Shown piece after piece: positions 59,815-64,000 of a DNA stretch of 64,000 bases. Numbering within the stretch: position 1 is the stretch's first letter; each line of letters starts with the position of its first letter. The position numbers and the translations under genes are program-made. The stretch comes from Podarcis filfolensis (lineage: Eukaryota): the NCBI GenBank assembly GCA_964270895.1, contig OZ185438.1; one strand, given 5' to 3'. The notes under the pieces were generated by a model. The model made no database searches, was not told the DNA's origin, and saw only the letters and a list, made by a program, of their open reading frames with translations.

Positions 59815-62268
59815 TGCATTAATTAGGCTTAAGCCTGATTATCCCACAAATACTGGGTGCAGATGCACCGAAAAGCACAAACGTGCAAGTTAATGTTTCA
59901 ACAACAGAACTTTGCCTTTTGCTCCACCCTCCCCCAATCTGGAAGGCATGCTGGGGCAGGGAGAGCAAATAAAGTCCAATTGCATGACTCTGATGGCCAC
60001 AGTCTGCACTATGCAGCAGGTTGGTTGTGCAACTAGTGCATGCTAAGAGAACAGCATCTGGCACCAGAAATGTTTGTTACTTCAGCCCTGGTACCTGGAC
60101 AGCATTTTCCCCTCTGCACCTGTGGGGGCATTGTTCAAAGACATTAGGGGGGGCACATTTCTGTCCCAGCATCTGCTTTCTGAGGTGGCTGCCTCACTCA
60201 GCCCAATGGTAGATCGAGTTCCACTGCTTTGTGTTGTGGTTCAGATTATGGCAGGCAGCTGAGTTTTGAGACTTTCCCTTGATAGGAGAAGTCAGGTGTG
60301 TGCCTTCACCAGTCACTGTGTATGCTAAAATCATAAGCTTGCCCTCAAACATAATTATATGCTTCTCCTTATGTAACTAGCACTGGGCGAGGGTTGTTTT
60401 CCTTTGTAATGCTGGAGATGGCTGAGGGCCAGCTCCTGTCTGATTTTTGGGGGGTGTGAGGGGAATAAAAGCTGATGGATTTGTCAACAATCCAGGAGCT
60501 TTATGGAACAAGACAAACTCATCCGTCTCTGCTAATCCTCCCCTGATACAGAGGATTTTCCTGCCATTAAATGATAGCTTTTGAGAGCAGAGAAAATGCC
60601 AGCCTTTCAGAGATGCTGCAACAGAGCTAACCGCAAGCTTCAGAAGAAAAAAGGACAACACAGACATCCCCCTGTCAGGTAAGGGAGGCAGGTAACCAGT
60701 CCTTTTTCTACTTCACTTTGATTCTGTAGGTGTTGGTGGAGGAAAGTATCTGTGGCTGGTTACATATAGCCATACATTTTCATTATTTCCAGTCCACTTC
60801 ATATTTCAGTGTGATGTATTATAAGACTGTTTGGGCAAGTAGGATTGCAATCCAATGCACAATTTTTAGGGAGAAAGTCCCATTGAATTTAGAGGGAATC
60901 CAATTCACTGAAAATAAAGTTGTGAAGGATTGGGTTGCTGGTTGGAAAGGTTTGTGGAAGAAACCAGTGGATGGGAGATCAGTTATGCTTTCAGACAGAG
61001 GATGAAAAAAACATTATAAGCAGTACTTTTTAAAAAGGAAAGGCAAAGGACAATTGCAAATCAGAACTGTATGGCATAGTTCCCTGTTTTTGGTCTGCTT
61101 TTAGATTTTGGAGGACCTGAGATGCCACAAGCAACTAATCAGGGTAATGTTTGTCATCATTTTAAATGGTAAGTAGACTTTTCATTCCACAAAATTTTAC
61201 AGCAATTTCTAAAGCTAGTAGTGTGTAGTTCTTTTATTCTGAAAGAGTTAATTTATGTTAAGCACCCACTGCAGGGAATTTATCAGTTTTAGGAGTCAGA
61301 TTTTTCAGCATAAAGGTACAGGACTGGATCATTTGCCAGTTATTACAACATCTGTGTCATTTTTCTGCTATGCTGCCCTTTTACTTCAGTCATATCTGGA
61401 CACCAGCAATTCCCCTTTTGTTTAATCTATTATATTGATTAGTTTTTGTGGTTCTTTGAAGAGAAATATGGACCATGAACTCTGAGGAAATTGTATCCCT
61501 CTGTGGACTCTACTTAATTATGTATTAACTGTTTTTCTGTGTAAAGACAGTATGGCGGCTGTCCTTTAAGCTTATTCCTTTCTTTGGATACCTAAAATGG
61601 ATACTTGCTACAATTGTCAAATTGACATTTGGGATTTGAAGAACTTTTCAGCATTTTGTGTGGCTTTATTTGTGACTTTGATTAGGGACAATTTTATGAA
61701 AAATAAAAACACTCCCCATACCTTGCTATACTGAGGCAAATTAGAATAAAGTGGGGATCCAGTTTACAGTGGGGGGATTATTTACCTCAGTTTAGTGCTC
61801 TTTTGACTTAGTTTATCCTTCCTTCTCTCGCATGGAATAGCTAAGCCCTTCAGGTAATGCATACTTAATTCTGGGTGACACAGTTTTGCGTTAATAATGC
61901 CTAAATAAACAGTAGACTAGAGCTGTGCAGACAGATGATTTTTGATGGTGGACTATTGCAGTGTGGTCATTAAAGCTGACCTACACACAATACACAGACT
62001 AGCGCGGATGCCTTTTAGTTAAGGGAAAATGAACAGAAAGTGTTATGCAGCGGGCTTTATTTTACTGCAGCTGTAGGCCTTAATGTTACCACCCTTTATG
62101 TTCCTAAGTACCAAAGATACATCAGTGTAGGAGAAAGGAGTGTTTCTTACCATTTATTAACATAAATGATGGTGTGTGTTTTTTTTAAATCCCTTTAAAA
62201 TGTCCTCCCCTCTACCCCAAGTACTTGACTGATTATTCCTATTCCAACTTTTAAGGCAGGACTTATAG

Positions 62269-62385
62269 CAGGGATGGGGAGCCTATAGCTTTCTAAATGT
62301 TGTTGGACTACAACTCCCATCATTTGCTGATCACTGGCTGTGCTGGTGGTGACTGATGGGAGTTGGAGTCCTAACAACATCTGGA
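62269..62385. mobile_element. Squamate hAT MITE (palindromic core)
   Basis: gatgttgttggactacaactcccatca-type arm paired with tgatgggagttggagtcctaacaacatc. Confidence 0.75.
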
Positions 62386-64000
62386 GCAAGGATGGGGACC
62401 CTTTTTAAAGGGCCATGGTGGGGGGGCAGAGGCAAAAGTGTGCAGAGCAACGAGTTCCAACATAGCATGAGTGGGCCTATGTTTCTTCTTCCCTGTGTGC
62501 CCCCCAAAATCTGCTTTGGAGGGTTGGCAGTCTCTCTCAAGCAGATATTGGGGGGCACAGTGGGGAGAAGGGAAGCCAGAAGTCTTGTTGCACAAGCTGA
62601 TTTCCATTGTGCAAGCAGATTGATATCATTAGGCGTTGTCTGCTCACTATTCAGTAAGCGTGTGTAGCATCCAAGCTTCACAGAGAGGACTTTTAGAAAG
62701 GCTACAAGCACACATTTATTAATTACATGTTGCTTTATAAACGTATTTTGTTCTGGGGGGTGGTCCATTAGCAAGTTTCAAGCAGCACCTAGAATCCTAG
62801 ACACGAAATGATTCTCAAACGACAAATCAGGACAGTCAGTTTGGACACATTTCCACCTCTCCAGATAGTCATTAAAAAGTGGTCCTGAGTGCAAGTATCT
62901 GCCTGAGTGAATGTGACACACCACTGACACCTTGTCCAAGTCCTTGATGGCTTCTGGAATTAATATTATTAATAATAGTGGAGTGGTATTCTAACTCATC
63001 TCCTCGGTGCAAAGATTACCACTAGCACAACGGGACTTTTTTCCTCTTCTCCCTTGCACCCTCCCCAAATCTGGAGTATTGAGGGGAACCTTTGAACAGA
63101 TTTAGCAGGGGCAGGAGTGGGGGAAGTCCTACTATGCTAGTTGTAAACTTTGCACTGATGGTGCCCTGCCATAGCACTATGTTGGATACAACCCAAGAAC
63201 AGTGCGCTAGGTGTTGTATATCTCTGTTTTTAAGCAAGAGTGCATTCCTCGGATCACTCTGAACACCATATCCGAGAGATCCTAAGCATGCACACTTTAA
63301 AGCACTTTGGTCTTCTAGGAAAACAAAATACTTACATTCTATAAGACAAATTCAGCCCACCTCTGGCCTTTGTTCATACAGTATGCAGAGGATGAAATGA
63401 ATGTCCTGTAGTAGCTTTTCAAATGTCAAACAGGCCTGAGCTTGTCTGCACTCTTGAGGCACTTTGCAAAATAGATCTGTGATGTTCGGTATATCCATCT
63501 CCACGGTGCATAAAGCACAAAGGATTTTAAAAATGTATTCCTCTCCGCCCCCCCCCCCGAAATATTGTTCACTGATGCTTAAATTATGTCATGGAGGCCT
63601 AAGGAGCCTGCAAGTTTGAGCAGAAGAACTTTGGGAGGAAAGGGAACTGCTTAACCCTTTCAATCCTGTAATGGCTTTAGGGGTTGCTTGTGCGTAAGTT
63701 GCCGCCACTCTGGGCTAGGTTGGCCGGTTAAACCATTTCTCGCTGGACAGCCATCCACTCCGTGGCTGTTCAGTCGCTGGCAGAATCCGTCAGTGGGCGT
63801 TTCTTAAACCTTTTCCAACATAAAAGTTGTTTGACGCCCAGTCTCCTCCTACTCTCCCTGCGCAGAAGTCTTCTGCGCAGGGAGGGCGTGGGTAGCGGAG
63901 GACCTGTGCTCTCCCCGCTGGTGTCCAGTGAAGAGTCCCGGAGCCTGCTCTCTGCTTCCCCCATTGGCCCCCCTCTATCCCTGGTGTTGTGCTGATTTTC

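Overview
Vertebrate genomic DNA from a squamate, most likely a lacertid lizard (Sauria SINE, Squam-type tRNA-derived SINEs, lizard hAT and mariner MITEs). Three genes are present. (1) The last coding exon and long 3'UTR of USP9X (+, 581-715). (2) A complete, intact RPL8 gene (-, 6 exons, 257 aa, 5'TOP, GC-AG intron 2). (3) A complete DDX3X gene (+, 17 constitutive exons, 672 aa), plus two frame-preserving cassette exons in the N-terminal low-complexity region (up to 736 aa). The rest is TE-rich intergenic and intronic DNA (L2, CR1, RTE, L1 fragments, SINEs, MITEs). No CRISPR, rRNA or true tRNA was found. The best candidate for an undescribed system is the ~7 kb DDX3X intron 3. It holds two coding cassette exons and several candidate stop-containing or frameshifting exons, including an 8-nt microexon that would shift translation into a 169-codon hydrophobic +1 frame overlapping four downstream exons. 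These splice calls come from splice-signal reading only and need RNA evidence. Six N-blocks fall only in the USP9X and DDX3X 3'UTRs. Exon coordinates were counted by hand; homolog comparisons are from memory, not database searches.
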